Positions 9,429 to 18,572 of a DNA stretch of 32,417 bases are shown piece by piece. Both the position numbers and the translations under genes were made by a program. Location: assembly GCA_037132035.1 (NCBI GenBank), contig JBAXPY010000003.1, positions 1-32,417 of the forward strand, written 5' to 3'. The notes beneath the pieces were generated by a model. The model ran no database searches and was not told the DNA's origin. It saw only the letters and a program-made list of their open reading frames with translations. The DNA is from Candidatus Moraniibacteriota bacterium. Its GTDB lineage: Bacteria; Patescibacteriota; Minisyncoccia; Moranbacterales; UBA2206. The stretch's first letter is position 1, and each line of letters begins with the position of its first letter.

Positions 9429-9971
9429 ATGAGTAAAATCGGAAAAAAAATAATAACTATTCCTGCTGGAGTGACCGTGGTACTCGAGGGGGATGTATTA
9501 AGAGCGAAGGGCCCCAAAGGGGAGCTCACTTTGAATGTTCATCCAGAGGCCTTAGTCGAAATATCTGAAGGAACGATTATTATCAAAAAAGCCAAGGAGG
9601 ATGGTAGTTCCAATGCAATTTGGGGTCTGACTCGTTCACTTGTTAATAATATTATTATTGGAGTGAGCGCTGGTTATGAGAAAAAGTTGGAGCTTCAAGG
9701 TGTTGGTTTTCGCATGGCAATTCAAGGCAAGAAAATTGTGATGGCACTTGGATTCTCTCATCCAGTTGAAGTGGAGATTCCTGATGGAATTGTGGCAAAA
9801 TTGGAAGATAATAATGGGCTGCTTATTAGTGGAATTGACAAACAAGCGGTTGGGCAATTTGCAGCAAATATAAAGGATTTGAAAAAAGTTGAGCCATATA
9901 AGGGCAAGGGCTTTCGCTATGCGGGAGAAAAAGTTAGACGAAAAGCCGGAAAGAAAGCTGGAGCCAAATAA
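9429..9971 (+). CDS. rplF: 50S ribosomal protein L6
   Basis: MSKIGK, KGPKGEL, LGFSHPV, EPYKGKG. Confidence 0.98.
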   Translation: MSKIGKKIITIPAGVTVVLEGDVLRAKGPKGELTLNVHPEALVEISEGTIIIKKAKEDGSSNAIWGLTRSLVNNIIIGVSAGYEKKLELQGVGFRMAIQGKKIVMALGFSHPVEVEIPDGIVAKLEDNNGLLISGIDKQAVGQFAANIKDLKKVEPYKGKGFRYAGEKVRRKAGKKAGAK

Positions 9972-9990
9972 GTAATATATTTTTACGAAG

Positions 9991-10338
9991 ATGAATAAAA
10001 TTAGCCAAAACAATTTAAGATTACACCGAAAAAGACGCGTCCGCGCTAAAATTTCTGGGTCTGCTTCTGTACCACGACTGAATGTTTTTCGTAGCTTACT
10101 TTCAATGAAAGCTCAAGTAATTGATGACGTAGCGGGAAAGACGCTTGCGGCAGCTGATACGAAAGCAGCAAGCGCGAAAAATGATGTTGCGGGGGCGAAG
10201 GCAGTTGGAATGCTCATTGCCAAGAAATGCTTAGAGCAGAAAATCGCGGAAGTAGTTTTTGATCGAGCAGGATATAGATACCATGGAAAAGTTAAGGCTT
10301 TGGCTGAAGGCGCCAGAGAAGGCGGCTTAAAATTTTAA
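9991..10338 (+). CDS. rplR: 50S ribosomal protein L18
   Basis: PRLNVFRS, VVFDRAGYRYHGKVKALAEGAREGGL. Confidence 0.98.
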   Translation: MNKISQNNLRLHRKRRVRAKISGSASVPRLNVFRSLLSMKAQVIDDVAGKTLAAADTKAASAKNDVAGAKAVGMLIAKKCLEQKIAEVVFDRAGYRYHGKVKALAEGAREGGLKF

Positions 10339-10360
10339 ACTCTTTTAGTTATTAAACTAT

Positions 10361-10861
10361 ATGGCAAAGAACGATAGAAAATTTAGAGGAAAAAAAGAAA
10401 AGCCGGAATTTGAACAAAAACTTCTGGATCTTGCCCGTGTTACTCGCGTGGTGAAGGGAGGAAGACGATTTCGTTTTCGCGCAACTCTTGTAATTGGAAA
10501 TCGCAAAGGTAAAGTTGGCGTTGGAGTCGGTAAGGGATCGGATGTGACAGATGCAATTGGAAAAGCTTTTGATGATGCTAAGAAAAATATGATTACTGTT
10601 GCAATTAAAAATAATACGATTGCACACGAAGTACATCACAAAAAAGGTAGCGCTAAAGTAATTTTGAAACCAGCGAAGGTTGGAAGAAGTATTGTGGCTG
10701 GAGGAGCAGTGCGCGCTGTGGTTGATTTCGCTGGAATTCGCGATATTGTTTCCAAGTCTCTTGGAACAGCTAATAAGCTCAATGTGGCACGGGCAACGGT
10801 GGAAGCCTTGGGAATGCTGAGTGAGTCAAAGACGAGGAAGGAGAGAATTGCGAAAGCTTAG
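10361..10861 (+). CDS. rpsE: 30S ribosomal protein S5
   Basis: RVTRVVKGGRRFRF, AGGAVR, SKSLG. Confidence 0.98.
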   Translation: MAKNDRKFRGKKEKPEFEQKLLDLARVTRVVKGGRRFRFRATLVIGNRKGKVGVGVGKGSDVTDAIGKAFDDAKKNMITVAIKNNTIAHEVHHKKGSAKVILKPAKVGRSIVAGGAVRAVVDFAGIRDIVSKSLGTANKLNVARATVEALGMLSESKTRKERIAKA

Positions 10862-10864
10862 GCC

Positions 10865-10986
10865 TGTCATCCTCGCGAATGCGGGGATCCAGTGGAGAGA
10901 TTTTATTAAAAAGGTTAATCTAAATAGTAAGCCAATCTAGTTAAAGTTTATTTTTACACTAGATTTCCGCCTACGCGGGAATGACA
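10865..10986. repeat. paired-end palindromic element (TGTCAT...ATGACA family), copy A; MITE/REP-like
   Basis: 30-nt inverted arms 10865-10894 and 10957-10986 (23/30 match), each arm a hairpin, AT-rich spacer. Confidence 0.8.
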
Positions 10987-11006
10987 AGGAATATTATTAC
11001 AATTTT

Positions 11007-11462
11007 ATGTTAAGACAAGATTTACAAATGAGCCAGCCGAGGAAGAAGAAGAAAACCATCGGACGTGGAGGAAAAAAGGGAACATATTCCGGCAAGGGTA
11101 ATAAAGGACAAAAAGCGCGTTCTGGCGCACATGTTGATCCTTTGTTTGAAGGTGGACGCTCAACGTTGATCGACCACATGAAGAAAAAACGTGGTTTCAC
11201 TTCGCGAACGAAAAAACGTAGCATCGTGCAAATCGCGGATATTGAGAAAAACTTTGAAAATGGTGCTATAATCAGCGCAGAGTCTTTGGTGAACATGAAA
11301 TTGGTTGCGAGGAAGAATATTCCTCTTGGAATCAAAGTTCTCGGAAATGCAAAACTTACGAAAAAGTTTGTCTTTGAAAAAGAAATTTTTATTAGTGAAA
11401 CGGTAAAAAAAGCGATTGTGGCTGCGGGTGGTGAGGTGAAGGTTGAGGAAGCGGAGAAATAA
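11007..11462 (+). CDS. rplO: 50S ribosomal protein L15
   Basis: GRGG...SGKGNKGQKARSG, FEGG, IKVLG, AAGG. Confidence 0.97.
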   Translation: MLRQDLQMSQPRKKKKTIGRGGKKGTYSGKGNKGQKARSGAHVDPLFEGGRSTLIDHMKKKRGFTSRTKKRSIVQIADIEKNFENGAIISAESLVNMKLVARKNIPLGIKVLGNAKLTKKFVFEKEIFISETVKKAIVAAGGEVKVEEAEK

Positions 11463-11484
11463 AAAATAAAGCAGTGACTAAGGT

Positions 11485-12759
11485 ATGCTAGCTAAAATCA
11501 CTCAAATCTTTCGTATTAAAGAGCTTAGGAATAAAATATTTTTTATTCTGGCTCTTTTGGTTGTATTTCGTTTGGCAGCCAACATTCCTATCCCTGGCGT
11601 TGATCAGGACCGGCTCAAGGCATTTTTTGAGAGCAATGAGCTTTTTGGTTTACTTAATCTTTTTTCTGGGCAAGGATTGTCGAGTATTTCCCTGGTAATG
11701 CTTGGCGTGGGACCCTATATTACCGCCTCGATTATCATGCAGCTGCTTACGATGATTGTTCCAACATTGGAAAAAATATATAAGGAAGAGGGAGAGGCTG
11801 GGCGACAGAAATTTAATCAATGGACACGCTGGGCAACGGTGCCTCTCGCTGCGATGCAGACTTTTGGCATGATTGCACTTTTTCGTTCGCAAGGAATTAT
11901 TGCCGCGACTGGAGCGACAAGCGTGATTTCGATGATGGTAATTGCCACTGCCGGAACGATATTCCTTATGTGGCTAGGTGAGCTGATCACGGAAAAAGGG
12001 GTTGGTAACGGAGTTTCGCTCATCATTTTTGCTGGAATCGTTTCTGCCATTCCCTCGACAATAGCCAAGACTTATGCGACAGCGGATTCGTCACAAATTT
12101 TTACTTATTTGATCTTGGGTGCTATTTTGATCTTGGCAATTTCTGCTGTGGTCTTTATGACAGAGGGGCAGCGCAATATGCCTGTTTCTTACGCAAAAAG
12201 AATTAAGGGTAATAAAATGTACGGCGGAACTTCAACGCATTTACCACTGCGCATCAATCAGGCTGGCGTGATTCCGATTATTTTCGCACTTTCCATTATG
12301 CTTTTTCCAGGAATGATCGCTAATTTTCTTACGAAAAGTTCCAACACTACTCTTGCCAGTTTAGCTGTGAAGGTGAGTGCGCTTTTTTCTCCAAGCAATT
12401 GGTTCTATTGGTTGTTTTATTTTATTCTTGTTGTCGCCTTTACTTATTTTTATACCGCAGTTGTTTTTGATCCAAATAAAATTGCTGAAAGTTTGCAAAA
12501 GCAAGGTGGTTACATTCTCGGAATTCGTCCAGGAAAAAATACCGCTGATTATCTCTATCGTATTATGAATCGGATTACTCTTTCTGGCGCAGTTTTTTTA
12601 GGTCTTATCGCAATATTGCCTTTTTTTGTGGAAAGCTTTACTAATATCGGGTCTATCTCTATTGGTGGAACTGGACTCTTAATCGTTGTTTCGGTTGTGA
12701 TTGAAACAATTAAACAGGTACAAGGACAACTTGCGATGCGGGATTATGAAGGATTCTAA
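11485..12759 (+). CDS. secY: preprotein translocase subunit SecY
   Basis: LGVGPYITASIIMQLL, WLGELITEKGVGNGVSLIIF, AGVIPIIFA, GIRPG, GGTGLLIVV. Confidence 0.99.
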   Translation: MLAKITQIFRIKELRNKIFFILALLVVFRLAANIPIPGVDQDRLKAFFESNELFGLLNLFSGQGLSSISLVMLGVGPYITASIIMQLLTMIVPTLEKIYKEEGEAGRQKFNQWTRWATVPLAAMQTFGMIALFRSQGIIAATGATSVISMMVIATAGTIFLMWLGELITEKGVGNGVSLIIFAGIVSAIPSTIAKTYATADSSQIFTYLILGAILILAISAVVFMTEGQRNMPVSYAKRIKGNKMYGGTSTHLPLRINQAGVIPIIFALSIMLFPGMIANFLTKSSNTTLASLAVKVSALFSPSNWFYWLFYFILVVAFTYFYTAVVFDPNKIAESLQKQGGYILGIRPGKNTADYLYRIMNRITLSGAVFLGLIAILPFFVESFTNIGSISIGGTGLLIVVSVVIETIKQVQGQLAMRDYEGF

Positions 12760-12760
12760 G

Positions 12761-12841
12761 TGTCTCGCTTCGCTCGAATTTTCAAGTCTAAATTTTCAAT
12801 TTCAAATCAATTTTAAATTTCTAATTTTAAATTTCAAATTT
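12761..12841. repeat. degenerate AATTT(T/C)(C/A)A tandem tract preceded by CTCGCTTCGCTCG
   Basis: Repeated 7-8 nt units such as aattttcaa, aaatttcaa, aattttaaa. Confidence 0.5.
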
Positions 12842-12896
12842 GGGAAAAGCCGCTTTTTAAAATAGAGGGTGATGAAATAAGTAAGACTTGTAAAAT

Positions 12897-13544
12897 ATGA
12901 ACATCGTAATACTCGGTCCACAAGGGTCAGGCAAAGGCACACAGGCAAAACTTTTGGCAGAAAAATTTGGCTTGGATCATTTTGATACTGGCCGCGCTTT
13001 GCGTCAAGTTGCTAAGTTGGATACTCCTTTGGGGTGCGAGATTTATGAGATTCAGAATGTGACAAAAACGCTTGTGCCAAGTCGAATATTGAGAGAAATT
13101 ATGCATATTCGCCTTGACGATCTCGGACGGGAGCAGGGAGTCGTTTTTGATGGAGTTCCGAGAAATATTGATCAAGCAGGATATTTTGAACAAGCGCTGG
13201 GGGAATTTGGCCGGAAGATTGATCGAGTTATCTTTGTGGATATTTCCAAGGAGGAGTCGCTAAAAAGAATTGGAAAACGGTTTTCTTGCGAAAAATGCAA
13301 AGAAGCGGTAGTCTTGAAAGAGGATGATCAAAATCTTATTTGTTTAAAATGCTCTGGGAAGTTGATTCAAAGAGTGGATGATACGAAGGAAGGCATTGAA
13401 AAAAGATTGAGCATTTTCATGGAAGAAACAATTCCAGTGATTGAATATTTTAGAAATAAGAAGTTGGTTTCCAGAATAGACGGAGCGCAAAGTGTGGAGA
13501 AAGTCTTTGAGGACATTCAAGCGGGGCTGGAGAATATCGCCTAA
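12897..13544 (+). CDS. adk: adenylate kinase family protein
   Basis: GPQGSGKGTQA P-loop, DGVPR, Zn-type LID CEKC...CLKC, RVDD; position after secY. Confidence 0.92.
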   Translation: MNIVILGPQGSGKGTQAKLLAEKFGLDHFDTGRALRQVAKLDTPLGCEIYEIQNVTKTLVPSRILREIMHIRLDDLGREQGVVFDGVPRNIDQAGYFEQALGEFGRKIDRVIFVDISKEESLKRIGKRFSCEKCKEAVVLKEDDQNLICLKCSGKLIQRVDDTKEGIEKRLSIFMEETIPVIEYFRNKKLVSRIDGAQSVEKVFEDIQAGLENIA

Positions 13545-13554
13545 TCGTGCATTA

Positions 13555-13663
13555 CTACGAAATACGAATTAGTACGAATGTACGAATAAATACAAGGGCC
13601 ATAATAAAAAGCAAGTTTAATTTAATTCACATTAGTACATTCGTATAAATTTGTAATTCGTAG
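13555..13663. repeat. inverted repeat built from four TACGAA units per arm
   Basis: Arms 13555-13587 and 13631-13663, 28/33 complementary. Confidence 0.8.
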
Positions 13664-13666
13664 GGT

Positions 13667-14428
13667 ATGATTATCATCAAATCAAAAAAAGAAATAGAAG
13701 TGATGCGCGAAGGCGGAAAACTGTTAGCTCAGATTATGGAGCAACTAGGTGGTATAATTATCCCCGGGCAAAATACTTTCGAGATTAACAAGCTAGCAAG
13801 AAAGCTTGTTTTTGATAATGGAGGATTTCCAATTTTTGAAGGCTATGGAGCACAGGGTAACGCTTTCCCAACAGCTATTTGCACCTCTATAAATAACGAA
13901 ATCGTGCATGGTATTCCTAAAAAAAGTAGGATTGTTCATGATGGTGATTTGGTAAAAATAGATATTGGGATGACATATAAAGGCATGATTACTGATATGG
14001 CTCGTACATATTCCGTCGGGAAAATTTCGATTGAAGCACAGAGAATTTTAGATATAACTCGAGAATGCCTCGAGGAGGGGTTGAGGACAATCAAAGCTGG
14101 ATCAAAACTGAGTGATTACGGAAAGGCGGTTGAGGCGCATGCTAAATTACATGGTTTTTCCGTGGTGCGCGAATTAGTCGGGCATGGAGTGGGCAGGGAA
14201 TTACATGAAGATCCGCAAATTCCGAACTATTCATCCGCGATGCGAGAAATAATTCTGCAGGAAGGAATGACGCTAGCGCTTGAGCCGATGATTAATGCGG
14301 GCACTCATTATATAAAGGTATCGGGGGATGGTTGGACATATGCTACGAAAGACGGAAAACTTAGTGCACATTTCGAAGATACTATCGTGGTCACAAAAAA
14401 TGGCGTGGAGATTTTAACTAGAGTTTAA
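13667..14428 (+). CDS. map: methionine aminopeptidase type I
   Basis: CTSINNEIVHGIP, DIG, GHGVGRELHEDP, EPM, SAHFEDT. Confidence 0.98.
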   Translation: MIIIKSKKEIEVMREGGKLLAQIMEQLGGIIIPGQNTFEINKLARKLVFDNGGFPIFEGYGAQGNAFPTAICTSINNEIVHGIPKKSRIVHDGDLVKIDIGMTYKGMITDMARTYSVGKISIEAQRILDITRECLEEGLRTIKAGSKLSDYGKAVEAHAKLHGFSVVRELVGHGVGRELHEDPQIPNYSSAMREIILQEGMTLALEPMINAGTHYIKVSGDGWTYATKDGKLSAHFEDTIVVTKNGVEILTRV

Positions 14429-14433
14429 CACAG

Positions 14434-14591
14434 TGTCATCCCCGAGAAGTCGGGGATCCAGGCACCTCAGGCTATAAAAAAAAGAAAAACAGGATTTGTT
14501 AGTTAAAAAATAGAAGTTAGAAGATTTATAATTTGATTTTCCAGAGTTTAAAACTAGTGGAACCTGGATTCCCGCCTTCGCGGGAATGACA
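14434..14591. repeat. paired-end palindromic element (TGTCAT...ATGACA family), copy B
   Basis: 29-nt arms 14434-14462 and 14563-14591 (25/29 match); right arm contains ATTCCC-N8-GGGAAT. Confidence 0.85.
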
Positions 14592-14604
14592 ATTATTTAT
14601 ATTT

Positions 14605-15024
14605 ATGCCAAAAGAGTTAACCAAAACAAAATATTACCTAGGTGTTGATTATGGTGAGTCAAAAATTGGCTTGGCGATTGCTGATAGCGAAACGCAGATT
14701 GCTTTTGCTTATGGTGTTGTCGCGAATGACAAAAATTTTTTTAAAAATATTTTGGATATAATTAAGAAAGAAAAAATCGAACAAGTCATTATTGGCATTC
14801 CCGCTAGAATCAATCATAAGGAAACAGCCTATGCTGGAGAAAAGTTGGGTCAGTATTTGGGAAAAACAGCAAAAATTAGTGTTGAATACCAGGACGAAAT
14901 GTATTCAACAAAAATTGCCAGAGAGAATTTGAAAGAAAAAGGTCTTCGGGATATTAATCGCTTTGATGACGCTGAATCAGCGCGGATTATTTTGAATAGC
15001 TGGATGGAAAAAAGAAGTCTGTGA
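14605..15024 (+). CDS. ruvX: RuvX/YqgF family RNase H-fold protein (pre-16S rRNA nuclease)
   Basis: LGVDYGESKIGLA, IIGIP, QDEMYST, DDAESARIIL. Confidence 0.92.
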   Translation: MPKELTKTKYYLGVDYGESKIGLAIADSETQIAFAYGVVANDKNFFKNILDIIKKEKIEQVIIGIPARINHKETAYAGEKLGQYLGKTAKISVEYQDEMYSTKIARENLKEKGLRDINRFDDAESARIILNSWMEKRSL

Positions 15025-15082
15025 GTTTATTCATTCTCCGTGATAGAATATATTCATATGATACTATTTAGCTTAAAACAAA

Positions 15083-16156
15083 ATGGGTAAAAATTTATTT
15101 AGAATATTTTTGTTTATTTTTGTGGTTTGTTTTTTTGTGCCTTGCTCGGCTGTGGAAGCCAGCAATTTAACGAAGATATATGCCATTGGGGACAGTCTGA
15201 CTGCTGGAAATGATTTGGCGCCTTCTTTTATAGGAAAGCTGAATGCTTTATTGGGCTCTTCTTATCTGGTTGTCAATAAAGGCAGGGGTGGAAATACGAC
15301 AGTAGAAATGCTTGGTAGATTCGAGTCTGATATTTTAACCGCCAAACCTGACTATGTTATAATTTGGGGCGGTATAAATGATGTTGGTCAACACGTTTCC
15401 GCTCAATCGGTTGAGGAGCGGCTTCAGATTATGTATACTATGGCTCATGAGGCGGGAATTAAGGTTGTGTCAGTTAACCTGATTCCTTTTAAGGGTGATA
15501 GTAGTCATTATTCGTCTGAAAGGCAATTGATTGCAGATTCAGTAAATAGTTGGATTGCGAATTCGGCATTGGATGTTGATTATAGAATTGACATGAAAGT
15601 GCTCCTGGAGGACCCACAAAACGTCAACATGTTGTTGCCCAAATACGACGATGGTGGCCATTTGCATTTGAGCATGGTTGGTCAAAATTTTGTTGGGGAA
15701 AACCTGTATCAATTGGTTGATTGGAAGGCGGACACTTTTGAATGCGCTAAAAATACTTGTCTTGGCAACTCTTGTTGGGATGGGATTAAATATGTTCCTG
15801 GCAGTAGGGTTGAAAATTGTGCCACAGGAGAAGTCAGCGCTAGCGTCTCAGTCGTCAGAGTGCCCAGCTCTGTATATCTAACGTGGTCATCACACGCCGC
15901 CTCAAAATTAGAGGCTGCTTGTCTATCGGGACCCGTCATTATTGACCGGGGAGCATGGTTTCTCAGTGATTTGGATTGCAGGGCAAGTGGATTATTTAAT
16001 GCGTGTACTGACAAGGGGTATTTGTTTAAGTTTGGCGTTAGACAGATTGGCGCAGAGATGTGTAGTTTTTATCCCATTAATAAGGCGGATAATTTATATG
16101 GAACTCCTTTTTCCGTTATTATTAAAGCAAAAAGCTCTTCTAGATTGAGTCAATAA
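15083..16156 (+). CDS. secreted SGNH/GDSL hydrolase with Cys-rich C-terminal domain
   Basis: Signal-peptide-like N-terminus; GDSLT, GRGG, GGIND, DGGHLH catalytic blocks. Confidence 0.85.
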   Translation: MGKNLFRIFLFIFVVCFFVPCSAVEASNLTKIYAIGDSLTAGNDLAPSFIGKLNALLGSSYLVVNKGRGGNTTVEMLGRFESDILTAKPDYVIIWGGINDVGQHVSAQSVEERLQIMYTMAHEAGIKVVSVNLIPFKGDSSHYSSERQLIADSVNSWIANSALDVDYRIDMKVLLEDPQNVNMLLPKYDDGGHLHLSMVGQNFVGENLYQLVDWKADTFECAKNTCLGNSCWDGIKYVPGSRVENCATGEVSASVSVVRVPSSVYLTWSSHAASKLEAACLSGPVIIDRGAWFLSDLDCRASGLFNACTDKGYLFKFGVRQIGAEMCSFYPINKADNLYGTPFSVIIKAKSSSRLSQ

Positions 16157-16217
16157 AAATTTGGCACAGTGCTCGATTAATTATTGAGCTCAAAGACTCG
16201 CATTTTACTTAAACACA

Positions 16218-16246
16218 TTGATTTTATTCACTTTTTAAGCTATACT
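16218..16246 (+). promoter_or_regulatory. sigma70-type promoter for argS, near-leaderless
   Basis: TTGATT, 17-nt spacer, TATACT; 8 nt between -10 and ATG. Confidence 0.6.
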
Positions 16247-16254
16247 GGCTTTAT

Positions 16255-17835
16255 ATGAGAGATTTTTTGATTGAAAAATTACAAGCTATTTTTTCCCGGA
16301 TTTATCCGGATGTTTTGCTTTCGAGGACGGATTTTGAGATTAACTATCCGCCAGAAGAATTTGGCGATTATTCGACCAATGTAGCCCTTAAATTGGCCAA
16401 AAAAGTGAGTGAGAACCCACTTGAAATTGCCAAGCGGATAAAGGTTGAACTAGAGGAAGATGACGCTCAAAAGGGGATATTTTCCAAAATTGAGGTAGCT
16501 GGTGCGGGTTTTCTTAATTTTAGCTTGTCTCCGGAAGCGCGTGGAGGTGAAATTGAAAAAATTATTAGTTCTGGTGCCCATTATGGTGATAATGTTTTAG
16601 GGAATAATGCGAAAATTCATTTGGATTTTGTAAGTGCTAATCCGACTGGTCCGATACACCTTGGCAATGGTCGTGGCGGGCCACTTGGCGACGTGCTTGC
16701 GAACATTCTTACAAAAAGTGGCTATTCTGTTTGGCGAGAATATTATGTGAACGATTTTGGCAATCAAATTAAAATTTTAGGTCATTCTGTACTCAAGGAT
16801 GATGAGGCTCAATACCGAGGAGAGTATATTGATATGCTAGCGAAGAAAAATAAAGAACCGGATCCTTTTTTAGTGGGGCAAGAGGCGACAAAGACAATAT
16901 TGGAAGAAATGATTAAGCCGGCGATGGAAAGTCTGGGTATTAATTTTGATGAGTATTTTCGAGAAAGCTCATTGCATAAAAGTGGTGAGGTGGAAGAAGC
17001 TCTTGAAGAGTTAAGAGTAAGAGATTTCCTTTATGAGAAAGAGGGCGCATTATGGTTTCGTGCGGAAAAATTTGGTGATGAAAAGGACCGCGTGATTAGA
17101 AAGACTACTGGAGAAATAACATATTTCGGAGGAGACATTGCTTATCATTTAAATAAATTGAAAAAGAGAGGATTTGATTTAGCAGTGGATATCTGGGGTG
17201 CAGATCATCATGGTGACGTCAAAAGAGTGGAGGGTGCGATGGAAGCCTTTGGGTATGCAGGGAAAGTAAGAGTACTTCTAACTCAGAATCTGACTGTAAT
17301 TAAGAATGGCGAAGAATTTAAAATGTCAAAGCGCAAGGGTCAATATATTTGCCTAGAAGACTTACTTGATGAGGTTGGAAGAGACGCTGTGCGGTTTATT
17401 TTTTTAGCCTACAGCGCTAATTCTCCAATGATTTTTGATATTGATTTAGCACGCGAAAAATCTAATAAAAACCCGGTGTTCTATGTTCAATATGCCTATG
17501 CTCGAATGGCAGGGATTTTACGAAAAACAGAAAAGGAGGCTGTAGCAAAAGCTGATTATTCACAACTTATGGCTTCGGAAGAGATTGAGCTTATTCGCCA
17601 TTTAATGCGTTTTCCTGATTTAGTTTTAGAGATTTCTGAGAATTTTGAAGTTCATAGGCTTACACATTATGCTATTAAATTGGCTGATAAATTTCATAGC
17701 TTCTATCACGCTTGTCGGATTTTAGATGAAGAAAAGAGTTTGGCGGCAGCGAGAAGGGAGTTGGTCCGTGCGACCAAGGTCGTCTTGGGTGAAACTTTGC
17801 GGTTGGTTGGGATTAGCGCTCCGGAGAAAATGTGA
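16255..17835 (+). CDS. argS: arginine--tRNA ligase
   Basis: FGDYSTN, SANPTGPIHLGNGR, WGADHHG, KMSKRKG, YVQYAYAR, APEKM. Confidence 0.98.
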   Translation: MRDFLIEKLQAIFSRIYPDVLLSRTDFEINYPPEEFGDYSTNVALKLAKKVSENPLEIAKRIKVELEEDDAQKGIFSKIEVAGAGFLNFSLSPEARGGEIEKIISSGAHYGDNVLGNNAKIHLDFVSANPTGPIHLGNGRGGPLGDVLANILTKSGYSVWREYYVNDFGNQIKILGHSVLKDDEAQYRGEYIDMLAKKNKEPDPFLVGQEATKTILEEMIKPAMESLGINFDEYFRESSLHKSGEVEEALEELRVRDFLYEKEGALWFRAEKFGDEKDRVIRKTTGEITYFGGDIAYHLNKLKKRGFDLAVDIWGADHHGDVKRVEGAMEAFGYAGKVRVLLTQNLTVIKNGEEFKMSKRKGQYICLEDLLDEVGRDAVRFIFLAYSANSPMIFDIDLAREKSNKNPVFYVQYAYARMAGILRKTEKEAVAKADYSQLMASEEIELIRHLMRFPDLVLEISENFEVHRLTHYAIKLADKFHSFYHACRILDEEKSLAAARRELVRATKVVLGETLRLVGISAPEKM

Positions 17836-17860
17836 TAACATTAATTAGACGCAAATTTTT

Positions 17861-18564
17861 ATGCAAGTGTTGCAAGATCTTCTAGCCGATTTAGAAAAAA
17901 TGAAAAATCCTGTCAAGGCAAAAATTTTGGCGGGATTTTTCAAAACGGGGAAGGGGGAATATGGAGAGGGGGATATTTTTTGGGGGATTGTTGTGCTAAA
18001 ACAGAGAATTATAGCGCAAAAATATTTCCAGCAGATTAGTTTCGCGGATTTAAAATATTTATTAAAGCAAGTGGTCCATGAATTGCGCTTCACGGCCATA
18101 GCAATTCTCGTTTTAAAATATCGAAAAGGGGCCTTCGGGGAGAAAGATCGAGTGGCGAAATTTTACTTGCGAAATTTGCAAGGAATAAATAACTGGGATT
18201 TGGTGGATTTATCGGCTCCACAGATTTCGGGTGACTATTTTTTTGAAAAAGACAAGACTGTATTATATAAACTAGCCAAATCAAAAAAACTTTGGGAAAG
18301 ACGAATTGCGATGCTTTCCACATTTGGCTTTATTAAAAAAATGATTTTCATGACGCCCTGAAAATAGCGGAAATATTACTGTCTGATAAGTATGATATTA
18401 TTCATAAGGCAGTTGGTTGGATGTTCAGAGAAGTCGGGAAAAGAGATAAAGAAGTTGAGATGGACTTTCTTGACAAATACGCCATAAAAATGCCCAGAAC
18501 CGCATTGCGTTATGCGATTGAGAAATTTTCCAAAAAAGAAAGAGCTGAATTTTTAAAAAAATAA
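17861..18564 (+). pseudogene. DNA alkylation repair (AlkD-like HEAT-repeat) protein, frameshifted at A7 run 18335-18341
   Basis: FFKTGKGEYGEGD, NNWDLVDLSAP; continues in shifted frame as ...IHKAVGWMFREVGKR...MPRTALRYAIEKF to TAA 18562-18564. Confidence 0.85.
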
Positions 18565-18572
18565 TCAAAAAT

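Noticed and set aside
10862-11006. Possible rpmD ORF
   Set aside because: No L30-like reading frame; the space is filled by a palindromic element
2590-13193. Many 60-125 aa alternative-frame and antisense ORFs across the ribosomal cluster
   Set aside because: Overlap well-supported genes; no recognisable families
13555-13663. CRISPR array
   Set aside because: Units are 6-8 nt, inverted, without unique spacers; no cas genes in the window
18330-18345. Programmed -1 ribosomal frameshift in the first AlkD-like gene
   Set aside because: In-frame ATT AAA AAA ATG does not form an X_XXY_YYZ heptamer and no clear stimulatory structure is evident
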